51,967 nt of DNA from a virus (lineage: Duplodnaviria; Caudoviricetes): positions 1-51,967 of IMG/VR virus record IMGVR_UViG_3300027586_000012. The stretch is one strand, 5' to 3'. Below, piece by piece: positions 39,869 through 47,762 of the stretch (position 1 is its first letter; every line of letters starts with the position of its first letter). The notes below the pieces were generated by a model. The model saw only the letters and a program-made list of their open reading frames with translations, was not told where the DNA came from and did no database searches. The position numbers and the translations under genes are program-made.

Positions 39869-40623
39869 ATGAGCAAAGTTGCATGGAACTATATCGTTCC
39901 AGTCAAGTTACCCGCAGACTTAAAGGGAGTAACACCGGGAAAATTACCCGCCAACCTCTTAGTTTCAGTACCAGGTGGAGGAAAACTACACAGACTTGCT
40001 GCCAATGCGTGGATGGCTATGGTTGCCAAGGCTAAGGCTGAAGGCGTCGAGTTAAAGCCGACTTCTTCACGGAGATACCTATAGAACGCTAGAGCAACAG
40101 CACGCTGGCTTTATGCAGCGTTATCAGTTGGCAGAAATTGCCGGCTCAAGCACAAGAACCTATGAAGGTAAGAAATGGTATCTAAAGAAGGGCAATGCTC
40201 CTTTGGCTGCCCCGGGCTCCAGTCAACACAACTTACGGAATTGCAGTTGATGTTAGTGATGCTGGTAATCCTAAGCGTCTTAATTGGTTGATAGCTAACG
40301 TTAAAGATTTTGGTTTTTCCTGGGAAGTAGTTCCAGAAGAGCCATGGCATTTGCGTTATGTATCAGGTGATAATGTCCCAGCTGCAGTTGCGGCATTTAC
40401 GGGTGGAGTAGCACCAATTGTCAACCTAAACACAACACCTCCTATCCACGACCACAAAGCCCTACAGGAGGCTCTAAAGGCCAAGGGATTCTACAAGGGT
40501 GAAATCAACGGTGTAAAAGATGCTGCGACAGATGCAGCTATAAAGGCTTTGAAAATTGCTAACAAACTTCCTGCAGATTCTGTTGCTGGTCCAAAAGTTA
40601 GGGAAATTCTCGGTCTTAAATGA
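39869..40623 (+). CDS. Endolysin: M15/VanY-like Zn peptidase plus C-terminal peptidoglycan-binding domain (250 aa when joined across two +1 shifts, CGG 40070 and 40236)
   Basis: Joined sequence ...LKPTSS-GDTYRTLEQQ...AAPGSSQHNL-GIAVDV...WLIANVKDFGFSWEVVPEEPWHLRY...LQEALKAKGFYKGEINGVKDAATDAAIK. The SxHxxGxAxD and ExxH M15 motifs are complete only after both shifts. Confidence 0.85.
40070..40073 (+). other. Putative +1 recoding site TCA-C-GGA
   Basis: The window is bounded by TAA 40053-40055 (+1 frame) and TAG 40082-40084 (0 frame); isolated C. Confidence 0.72.
40236..40239 (+). other. Putative +1 recoding site TTA-C-GGA inside the Zn-binding motif
   Basis: His (40227-40229) and GIAVD lie in different frames; the motif spacing fixes the junction at this CGG. 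Confidence 0.78.
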
Positions 40624-40991
40624 TATTTGCATCTGAAACACTCATCACACCAGCAGCTGACATGACTAACTGGCAAAATATTATTGTAGCGATAATTACG
40701 GCATGCAGTCTTGTTGCAGTAGCATATCTACAATTTGTTTATAAGGCTGGAAAAAAGCGCGGCCAAGAAGCAAAGTCTGAATGGGCGCTGAACAGAGCAG
40801 ACCATGCAACTGTTGTATCAATGATCCAGCAACTAGGGAAAAGTCTTGGCCGTTCAATCGACAAAACAAATAATTCTGTTGACAGGATAGAGGGTAAGCT
40901 TGATACCCACATTAGGGATCACGCAGTAGGTGAATTTGATATAGATGATATAAGATTTAAAACAGGAGAAAAAGCTAAAGATGGCAAGTAA
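40620..40991 (+). CDS. Single-TM membrane protein of the lysis cassette (holin-like/accessory)
   Basis: NIIVAIITACSLVAVAYL TM followed by a coiled coil ending VDRIEGKLDTHIRDH; ATGA overlap with the endolysin. Confidence 0.55.
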   Translation: MIFASETLITPAADMTNWQNIIVAIITACSLVAVAYLQFVYKAGKKRGQEAKSEWALNRADHATVVSMIQQLGKSLGRSIDKTNNSVDRIEGKLDTHIRDHAVGEFDIDDIRFKTGEKAKDGK

Positions 40992-41184
40992 GAAATCAGA
41001 TAAGAATTGGATTGCTGGAGCGATTAAAAGACCAGGAGCTTTTACAGCTAAGGCTAAGAAGGCTGGTAAGTCTGTAGCGGGTATGGCAGCTGCTGTATCA
41101 AAGAACCCAGGTAAGTACAGTCCACTTACTCGCAAGCAAGCATCACTTGCCAAAACTCTTAGAAAAATCAGTAAAGGAAAATAA
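40981..41184 (+). CDS. Small basic phage protein
   Basis: KNWIAGAIKRPGAFTAKAKK...KQASLAKTLRKI; AGGAG RBS. Confidence 0.6.
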   Translation: MASKKSDKNWIAGAIKRPGAFTAKAKKAGKSVAGMAAAVSKNPGKYSPLTRKQASLAKTLRKISKGK

Positions 41185-41186
41185 TC

Positions 41187-41456
41187 ATGCATTGCGCCAA
41201 TAGAAATCATCATGTTGAAAATGGTGAAGAATGTTCCACAAATAATAATAGCTACGACAATAAAGAAAATCAGAACCAAGTTTATACACCATGTAGTATG
41301 GACCGCGGTAATCACGTAGGTCATCTTCAAAATATTAATCCGCACGACATGCACTGGCATATTAATAAAAATTCTTTTAAGGGTTGGGGTTTAAACTTTG
41401 TTTATTTTGCGCTTCATGCAGTTGAAATATATCTTATTCTTAGATTGGTAAAATAA
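41187..41456 (+). CDS. His/Asn-rich protein with a C-terminal TM segment
   Basis: Many His residues; C-terminal GLNFVYFALHAVEIYLILRLV. Confidence 0.5.
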   Translation: MHCANRNHHVENGEECSTNNNSYDNKENQNQVYTPCSMDRGNHVGHLQNINPHDMHWHINKNSFKGWGLNFVYFALHAVEIYLILRLVK

Positions 41457-41635
41457 TGGCGAAAGAAAATAAACCAACAAAACCAGCGCTATGGTCTTCG
41501 GCTAAGTCTCAAGCTAAATCTAAGTTTGATGTTTACCCATCTGCATATGCGAATGCTTGGGCTGCTAAAAAGTATAAAGCTATGGGTGGAACTTGGAAAA
41601 CTGTTTCAACTAAGAAGGCAAAGAAGAGTAAATAA
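41456..41635 (+). CDS. Small basic phage protein (59 aa)
   Basis: LWSSAKSQAKSKFDVYPSAYANAWAAKKYKAMGGTWK; TAATG overlaps at both ends. Confidence 0.6.
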   Translation: MAKENKPTKPALWSSAKSQAKSKFDVYPSAYANAWAAKKYKAMGGTWKTVSTKKAKKSK

Positions 41636-41751
41636 TGGCTTGCTGGACTGGATATACTGCAAAAGGTATGAAACTAAAAGGTGGCAAATTAGTTCCTAAC
41701 TGTACTCCAGTAAAAAAAACTAACAAGCTTACAAAAGCAAAGAAAAAATAA
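41635..41751 (+). CDS. Tiny basic protein with a CWxGY...VPNC motif (38 aa)
   Basis: MACWTGYTAKGMKLKGGKLVPNCTPVKK...; TAATG overlaps. Confidence 0.6.
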   Translation: MACWTGYTAKGMKLKGGKLVPNCTPVKKTNKLTKAKKK

Positions 41752-42026
41752 TGCCTGGTCCTAAAGGGGTTGGATTAACCAAATGGTTTGATCAAAAATG
41801 GGTTAACATTGGGGCTCCTAAAAAAAAGGGCAAATACCAACCCTGTGGTACATCTGGGGCTGGTGGTTCAGGTTACGCAAAGTGTGTACCCGTAGCAAAA
41901 GCCAAGGCTATGTCTAGCGCTCAGAAAAAAAGTGCAGTTCAAAGAAAAAGAACATCTGGAACTCCAGAAAAAGGAATCAAGGGTCAAGCTCCTAAGAACG
42001 TTAGTACTTTTAAAAAGAAAAAGTAG
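41751..42026 (+). CDS. Small basic phage protein (DUF5872-like)
   Basis: GLTKWFDQKWV...QPCG...YAKCVP..KA..MS..QKKSAVQRKR. Confidence 0.6.
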   Translation: MPGPKGVGLTKWFDQKWVNIGAPKKKGKYQPCGTSGAGGSGYAKCVPVAKAKAMSSAQKKSAVQRKRTSGTPEKGIKGQAPKNVSTFKKKK

Positions 42027-42036
42027 CACCACAGTA

Positions 42037-42045
42037 TGCTATAAT
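42037..42045 (+). promoter_or_regulatory. Extended -10 promoter TGCTATAAT
   Basis: Perfect match seven nt before ATG 42053, which has no RBS. Confidence 0.5.
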
Positions 42046-42052
42046 TTATAGC

Positions 42053-42274
42053 ATGACTGAAGAGCAAAGCTACAGCGGCTATATGCCAATGATAAAACAG
42101 ATTAATGTTTCTCAAATTATGGAAATGATTAATACTGATGGCGAACTTATCCAGGCACATTCCTTTACTGTAAATACTAGAGAGAATAAAGATTTTGTTT
42201 TTAGTATTTCTCAAAAAGATTTAGTAAGACTTTACTTCCTTCTGCACAAGGTGCTGGGTAATGCTCAGGGATAA
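42053..42274 (+). CDS. Hypothetical protein
   Basis: 73-aa ORF downstream of the promoter-like element. Confidence 0.5.
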   Translation: MTEEQSYSGYMPMIKQINVSQIMEMINTDGELIQAHSFTVNTRENKDFVFSISQKDLVRLYFLLHKVLGNAQG

Positions 42275-43049
42275 AGGAATATTTTTACATGGTGGTGTTG
42301 GAATTGGATCTGTTCCCAAGACCCCGGCTATTCCTTTTTCTTCTTCGATTAAGGAATATTCCTCAAAGGAATCTTCAAGAACTTTATTACACTACGCACA
42401 TCAACTGGGCTACCCCATTGCTTATGCTCAAGAACAAAACGGGCAGCTCGTTCAAAATATCCTTCCTGTCCATAAAACAGAAGCACAGCAAATATCTACT
42501 TCTTCTAAAGTGGAATTAGCACTTCATACAGAGAGCGCTTTTCATCCCTATAAGCCAGATTATGTATTGCTCCTTTGCCTAAGGGGCGATGATAAAGCCG
42601 CAACTACTTACGCTAATGTTAATGAAATTATTGAATCACTTTCTAGCGAAGTTGTAAAATCATTAAAGCAACCTTGGTATAGAACTGCAGTTGATGATAG
42701 TTTTAGAACTAAAGGTGAGCCACAAAAAGAATTCATCATGCCGATCCTTTCTGAAGTCGACGACAAGATGACGATAACATATGATAACTTTTTCATGCGC
42801 GGGATAAATGAGTATGCTGTTCTGGCCTTGACTGAACTTAATTACGCTATTCAAAAATGTACTAGAGAAATTGTTTTAAGAACTGCAGATCTATTAGTCA
42901 TAGACAACTCTACTGTTATCCACGGTCGTAAACCATTTCAGGCAAGATACGATGGTACCGACAGATGGGTGCAAAGAATGTTAGTCAGAAAACAAATGCC
43001 ACCAGATAATCAAGTAGAAGGTAACGTAATCACTACTAAGTTTGGATGA
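42261..43049 (+). CDS. TauD/TfdA-family dioxygenase, clavaminate synthase/AsnO-like
   Basis: LALHTESAFHPYKPDYVLLLCLRGD, ATT, LLVIDN..VIHGRKPFQARYDGTDRWVQR (HxE...H triad). Confidence 0.88.
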   Translation: MLRDKGIFLHGGVGIGSVPKTPAIPFSSSIKEYSSKESSRTLLHYAHQLGYPIAYAQEQNGQLVQNILPVHKTEAQQISTSSKVELALHTESAFHPYKPDYVLLLCLRGDDKAATTYANVNEIIESLSSEVVKSLKQPWYRTAVDDSFRTKGEPQKEFIMPILSEVDDKMTITYDNFFMRGINEYAVLALTELNYAIQKCTREIVLRTADLLVIDNSTVIHGRKPFQARYDGTDRWVQRMLVRKQMPPDNQVEGNVITTKFG

Positions 43050-43053
43050 CGTA

Positions 43054-43062
43054 TGCTATACT
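43054..43062 (+). promoter_or_regulatory. Extended -10 promoter-like TGCTATACT upstream of the glycan cluster
   Basis: Intergenic TGnTATAcT. Confidence 0.4.
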
Positions 43063-43114
43063 TTTTGAATGCAAATCAACACTAGGTGTCAGACATTAGA
43101 AAGAAAGTAAAAAA

Positions 43115-44050
43115 ATGAAAAATAAAAGAATATTAATAACCGGTGGCACAGGTAGCTTGGGTCAAGCTTTAACCGAAAGGTTTATTAAAGCTGGCGCTTC
43201 TTTAACTATTTTTAGTCGTGACGAAAAAAAACAATATGATATGAAAAAAATATATCCGAATTGTAGATACATTGTTGGCGACATACGTGACTATCACTCT
43301 GTAAGAGACGCAGTTCGTGATATAGATATTGTTATTCACGGCGCATCTCTAAAGTATGTTAACATAGGCGAAATACAACCCGCGGAATATGTTACAACCA
43401 ACGTTATCGGAACACTAAATGTAATCAATGCGGTTTTAGATGAAAAAACTGTTGAAAATTGTGTTGGTATTTCTAGCGATAAAGCCTGCATGCCGATCAA
43501 TACATATGGCTTTACTAAAGCGATCCTAGAAAGAACTATACTTGAGGCCAATCAACGTCAAGGTAGCAAGGGTAATACTGTTTTTAATATTGCTAGATAC
43601 GGTAATGTTATCGGCACTAGGGGGTCAGTAGTTCTTTTCTGGCAAGAAAGACGTGATGCTGGATTAACTATTCCAATTACAAACCCTGATATGACTAGAT
43701 TCTTCTTCACAATTGAAGAAGCTGTAGATTTAATTGTATACTGTTTAAATTCAAAACCAGGTCTTGTTATCTCTAAGGCAATGCGCGGTGTAACGGTAGG
43801 TAAGTTAGCTGAAATCATGAAGGGGGAATGCAAAACTGAAATCATTGGCGAACGCCTTGGAGAGAAGCATGACGAAATGCTTATGACTTCCGAAGAGATG
43901 ATGAAAACATACGAAGATTCAGGAATGTTTGTTTTTGATCCATTAACTTCACCAAAGCCAAATGAAAATTATCCTAACGGATATTCGTCCCAAGATGCTC
44001 CCGTAATAACAGAAGAGCAGCTGAAAATTATTTTGAAAGAATATTTATGA
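43115..44050 (+). CDS. NDP-sugar 4,6-dehydratase (PseB/CapD/FnlA-like polysaccharide biosynthesis protein)
   Basis: ITGGTGSLG, FSRDEKKQ, ISSDKACMPINTYGFTK, RYGNVIGTRGSV, TNPDMTRFF, GEKHDE. Confidence 0.9.
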   Translation: MKNKRILITGGTGSLGQALTERFIKAGASLTIFSRDEKKQYDMKKIYPNCRYIVGDIRDYHSVRDAVRDIDIVIHGASLKYVNIGEIQPAEYVTTNVIGTLNVINAVLDEKTVENCVGISSDKACMPINTYGFTKAILERTILEANQRQGSKGNTVFNIARYGNVIGTRGSVVLFWQERRDAGLTIPITNPDMTRFFFTIEEAVDLIVYCLNSKPGLVISKAMRGVTVGKLAEIMKGECKTEIIGERLGEKHDEMLMTSEEMMKTYEDSGMFVFDPLTSPKPNENYPNGYSSQDAPVITEEQLKIILKEYL

Positions 44051-45063
44051 TCGGTACTAGCATTTCTGTTCTGTCTATGAACAGGCCAGAAATTCTTCGT
44101 CAAACAATTGAGGCGATTAAGACCTATGCAGTGGAACCTTATGAAATAATTATAGTAGACAATGGATCCACTGACGCAGCTACTATAAGTTATCTTAATA
44201 GTATAGAATCATTTGCTAATATAATTAGAAACAAAAAGAATGCTGGATTATCTGTAGGAACTAACCAAGGTTTCGAAGCGAGTAACTACGATTGTCTTAT
44301 CCATCTTGATGACGATTGTCTTATTACCGAGCTTGGTTGGAACCAAATTATTAGATCGTATTTTAACAAACCAAATGTAGGTATGGTTGTACCTGGTGTA
44401 TATAACGAATCAATCCAGAATGATGGATACAGAGAATTAAAATGGGGCCTAGGCATGTGTTATGCTCTAAGAAGAGAACTCTATGACTCCATAGGTGGAT
44501 ACGATCCACAATTATATCATCAGAATGAATGCGACATGGGTCTTAGGGTAAGAATGGCCGGGTATCACGTTGCTGGTATTAGTAATTTTCATGCACATCA
44601 TAATGACCCAGGTGGCTTAAGAAGTCCTATGTCTATTGGCAGAGAACGTATTGGCTGTGTTCAATTTAGAGATAAATGGACTTCTTATTTTAAAGGATTA
44701 AATTGGAATTATGGGACCGATCCAATCTATCTGATGCAACATTGGCCGCCAGATGAAGAGTTTATGCGTAGATGGGCACTGCAAAATGGTATCAATATTA
44801 ATCCAGCACCGGAATTAATCGGTACAGAGGCTACCACATATTGGGATCAGTTAGATGCCTTTTCAGCAAGACAGATAATAGAAATATCTGGGGGAAGATA
44901 CTTGATCCATAGAACTTTAAGAAATGACTATATGCATTGGGAGCATCAACATAATCCAGGTGCCTATGAAAGAGATAGAGAGTCTATAATAAAAGAATGG
45001 TTTGACTTAACTGGAGAAATGTATACTGGATATGTTTGGAAAAACAATCCCTTAAAGGTTTAA
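44047..45063 (+). CDS. Glycosyltransferase family 2
   Basis: IIIVDNGSTD, NAGLSVGTNQG, HLDDD, IGGYD...ECDMGLR. Confidence 0.85.
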   Translation: MIGTSISVLSMNRPEILRQTIEAIKTYAVEPYEIIIVDNGSTDAATISYLNSIESFANIIRNKKNAGLSVGTNQGFEASNYDCLIHLDDDCLITELGWNQIIRSYFNKPNVGMVVPGVYNESIQNDGYRELKWGLGMCYALRRELYDSIGGYDPQLYHQNECDMGLRVRMAGYHVAGISNFHAHHNDPGGLRSPMSIGRERIGCVQFRDKWTSYFKGLNWNYGTDPIYLMQHWPPDEEFMRRWALQNGININPAPELIGTEATTYWDQLDAFSARQIIEISGGRYLIHRTLRNDYMHWEHQHNPGAYERDRESIIKEWFDLTGEMYTGYVWKNNPLKV

Positions 45064-45064
45064 T

Positions 45065-45841
45065 GTGTCAAAGTTTGTTATTACGATTCCAACCTATAAT
45101 GCAGAAAAATATATTGAAAGATCTATTCTCTCTGCATTAAGTCAAAATCATGATAATTATCAAGTAATTATTATTGATGATTGTTCTGAGGATAATACTT
45201 GGAATATATTGTATGACACAATATATGATCATCCTAAAAAACATCTAGTTAGAGTGTGTAAAAAAAATAGAAATAGGATTGGTGTTTTAGCTAATCACTA
45301 TCAAATGGCTTCATATTGTCAAGACGATGAAATTATTGTCAATTTAGACGGTGACGATCAACTCGCAAACTCAGATGTTCTTAACATTTTAACTAATGTT
45401 TATGACAGTGCGGATGTATGGATGACGTATGGGTCGTTCGCTTACGATCTAGAGTCAAGAAATCCAGATCCAAGCGCAGATCCACGCGGCATTTGTTCGC
45501 AAATGCCTTTTGACAGGCATGAGAGAACGTACTTTTTTCAATGCTCACACTTGAGAACATACAAAAAATGGTTATTTTCTAAAATAAGATTAGAAGATTT
45601 AAAACGTAATGGCGATTTCTATCAGCTAGCAATGGATCATGCCCTAATGTTTCCAATGATAGAAATGTCTGGCCCAGATCATGCAAAGTATATTCATGAT
45701 ATACTTTATTTTTACAACGCAGTGAACGTACTCAATGAGCACACTCTTGTTGGTAGAGAAACGGTTATAGAAGTTGCTAATCACATTAAGTCACAACAGG
45801 TATATAAAAGAATACAATCAGGAGCAGATAATCCATGGTAA
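45065..45841 (+). CDS. Glycosyltransferase family 2
   Basis: IPTYNAEKYI, IIDDCSEDNT, VNLDGDD, SHLRTY; GTG start. Confidence 0.88.
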   Translation: MSKFVITIPTYNAEKYIERSILSALSQNHDNYQVIIIDDCSEDNTWNILYDTIYDHPKKHLVRVCKKNRNRIGVLANHYQMASYCQDDEIIVNLDGDDQLANSDVLNILTNVYDSADVWMTYGSFAYDLESRNPDPSADPRGICSQMPFDRHERTYFFQCSHLRTYKKWLFSKIRLEDLKRNGDFYQLAMDHALMFPMIEMSGPDHAKYIHDILYFYNAVNVLNEHTLVGRETVIEVANHIKSQQVYKRIQSGADNPW

Positions 45842-46485
45842 AAAGTTGGAGTGAAGAAGATCATTTAAGACATTTCTTATATGAATCTGTTCATTCTACC
45901 TTGTCGGAATTGAAATGGCAAGACAGAATTTATGATGTATTAGACTTTGGGTCAATGTGGTTTGGTGATCCTGATGGTGGATGGCAAACGTACATGAGAT
46001 GGATCTTAAAAGATATTCTTGGAAAGAATAATTTAAATCATATACTGGGAACATACCCAGAATATGACGCTGAAAATTTAAACCGCATACCAACTAACTC
46101 ATTGGACATGATTGTTGCCGACCAAGTATTGGAACATGTACAACATCCATGGTACGCTGCTGAAGCATTCTATAGAGCTTTAAAACCAGGTGGACTAGCA
46201 GTAGTAGCTACCCCCGGTTTGTATCCAATTCACCCTAGCCCATTAGATTGCTGGAGAATTATGCCGGATGGCTATAAGGTTCTTTTCCCTAATGATAAAT
46301 GGCAAACGTTATTATTCGACACATGGGGTAGTGCAGACAGAGTCGCCTATGAACTAACTAATAATAAAGAGATACTAAAAGGCGGAAGAACATATACCGT
46401 AACTGAAGCAATGCAACAACCGCACTATAAAGAGAATGACGGCCTATGCCCAATGCAGCTATGGTGGATAGGTCGTAAAATATAA
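45835..46485 (+). CDS. Class I SAM-dependent methyltransferase
   Basis: VLDFGS, DMIVADQVLEHV, ALKPGG, HPSPLDCWR. Confidence 0.82.
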   Translation: MVKSWSEEDHLRHFLYESVHSTLSELKWQDRIYDVLDFGSMWFGDPDGGWQTYMRWILKDILGKNNLNHILGTYPEYDAENLNRIPTNSLDMIVADQVLEHVQHPWYAAEAFYRALKPGGLAVVATPGLYPIHPSPLDCWRIMPDGYKVLFPNDKWQTLLFDTWGSADRVAYELTNNKEILKGGRTYTVTEAMQQPHYKENDGLCPMQLWWIGRKI

Positions 46486-46955
46486 TGGAACAAGATTCAT
46501 CTCAAAAATTAAACAACAATTTCATCTGTCATATAATTAGAGATGTCTTTCCTAAAAGGAAATTTACAATTCTCTATGATAGAACAAAATTTCTTTTTAA
46601 CGAAATGCATACTCCATTACACGGTATAGGCGCATTCAGAATGCATTCTGAGCATTATTTAACAGAAGAGGAATACTATTGGGATTTCGGTAAAGCTGAT
46701 ACTTACTTTGGAGCAAGCGCAGATTTGTTTATATCAATTAATTATAATCCCATCTATGATAAGAATTTACTTGCACAAATAGCAGAGCAAATAAAGCGCG
46801 CAATGCTTCCTGGGGGTATTGTTTTTATAGTCAATCATGATGGTTGGGCGGAAAAATTATCTGATTTTCTTTTAGTGAGACCTGATTTAGAAAAAGAAGT
46901 AAAAAGATATTCCCTTTTCAAGGGGGAAGATGTTAGGGTATATGAAAATATTTGA
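46485..46955 (+). CDS. Hypothetical protein, degenerate methyltransferase-like
   Basis: ADLFISI...IKRAMLPGGIVFI resembles the C-terminal half of a class I MTase. Confidence 0.45.
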   Translation: MEQDSSQKLNNNFICHIIRDVFPKRKFTILYDRTKFLFNEMHTPLHGIGAFRMHSEHYLTEEEYYWDFGKADTYFGASADLFISINYNPIYDKNLLAQIAEQIKRAMLPGGIVFIVNHDGWAEKLSDFLLVRPDLEKEVKRYSLFKGEDVRVYENI

Positions 46956-47682
46956 TTGCTTTACTTACTTTAATGAAGCTGATATTCTTCGCATAAGGCT
47001 AGAGGAACTTGGCGATCTAGTTGACTACTTTGTAATTGTAGAAGCATCAGAGACGTTTACAGGAAGTTCTAAACCATTTTACTTTGATGATATTCCAAGT
47101 TGGATAGACAAATGGAAAGAAAAAATTATTAGAGTTAGAATAGACTTTCCCAAAGATGCAAACACCAGTTGGCTAAAAGAATACTATCAGCGCAATGCAA
47201 TAATCTCAGGACTTAGCTTAGCCGAACCGGAAGATATTATAATCATTTCTGACGCAGATGAAATAGTCAATTCAAATATAGTTAGCCAATTAAAGCTAGT
47301 CGAAAAGCCAGCTAGGTTAGATGTTAAGCAGTATTTTTGGAATTATAACTGGCAAGTCCCTCAGCATTGTAACCAAGGTGCTAGGCCAATTGTTGCAAGA
47401 TTTAAAGATTTAGAGACTCACTCTTGTCAAGAGTTAAGAGCCGGAGACTGGCACACAATACCCGATGCTGGTTGGCACTTTTCCTTCTTTGGCGAAACAG
47501 AAAAGATTAAGAGCAAAATAGAATCATTTGCTCATACTGAATACAATATCACTGAATATAAAAATGATGAAGCTATTCTATATCGAATGAATAATGGGAT
47601 AGATCCATTCGATAGGTTCCCATTAAAGTATTATGAAATAGATCAAACCTACCCAAAATTTGTTCAGAGTATGATATACTAG
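46942..47682 (+). CDS. Glycosyltransferase family 17 (beta-1,4-GlcNAc transferase-like)
   Basis: MKIFDCFTYFNE..L.IRL.EL, DYFVIVEA..TFTG..KP, YQRNAI, IISDADEI, GWHFSF, KIESFAH. Confidence 0.85.
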   Translation: MKIFDCFTYFNEADILRIRLEELGDLVDYFVIVEASETFTGSSKPFYFDDIPSWIDKWKEKIIRVRIDFPKDANTSWLKEYYQRNAIISGLSLAEPEDIIIISDADEIVNSNIVSQLKLVEKPARLDVKQYFWNYNWQVPQHCNQGARPIVARFKDLETHSCQELRAGDWHTIPDAGWHFSFFGETEKIKSKIESFAHTEYNITEYKNDEAILYRMNNGIDPFDRFPLKYYEIDQTYPKFVQSMIY

Positions 47683-47704
47683 TATCACGAAGTCAGATGC
47701 TCTG

Positions 47705-47738
47705 ATCCCCCAGCACAGCAATGTGTTGGGGGATTTTT
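47705..47738 (+). terminator. Intrinsic terminator between convergent operons
   Basis: ATCCCCCAGCACA-GCAA-TGTGTTGGGGGAT followed by TTTT (GNRA loop). Confidence 0.8.
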
Positions 47739-47762
47739 GTTTATATAAACAAATTAAAGTAT

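Noticed and set aside
2370-40239. Split genes as ordinary pseudogenes or homopolymer sequencing errors
   Set aside because: All breaks are +1, all coincide with an in-frame CGG, six lack a C run, and the joined proteins show no other decay. A context-specific artefact is not excluded and is listed as the refuting test.
2370-40239. Stop-codon reassignment (code 15 or 4) as the cause of short ORFs
   Set aside because: TAA, TAG and TGA all end genes at sensible boundaries, and the breaks change frame, so read-through would not join them.
464-46093. Many short minus-strand and alternate-frame ORFs in the ORF track (e.g. 4643-5035, 24987-25409, 40854-41360)
   Set aside because: They are shadows of well-supported plus-strand genes, with no RBS or recognisable motifs.
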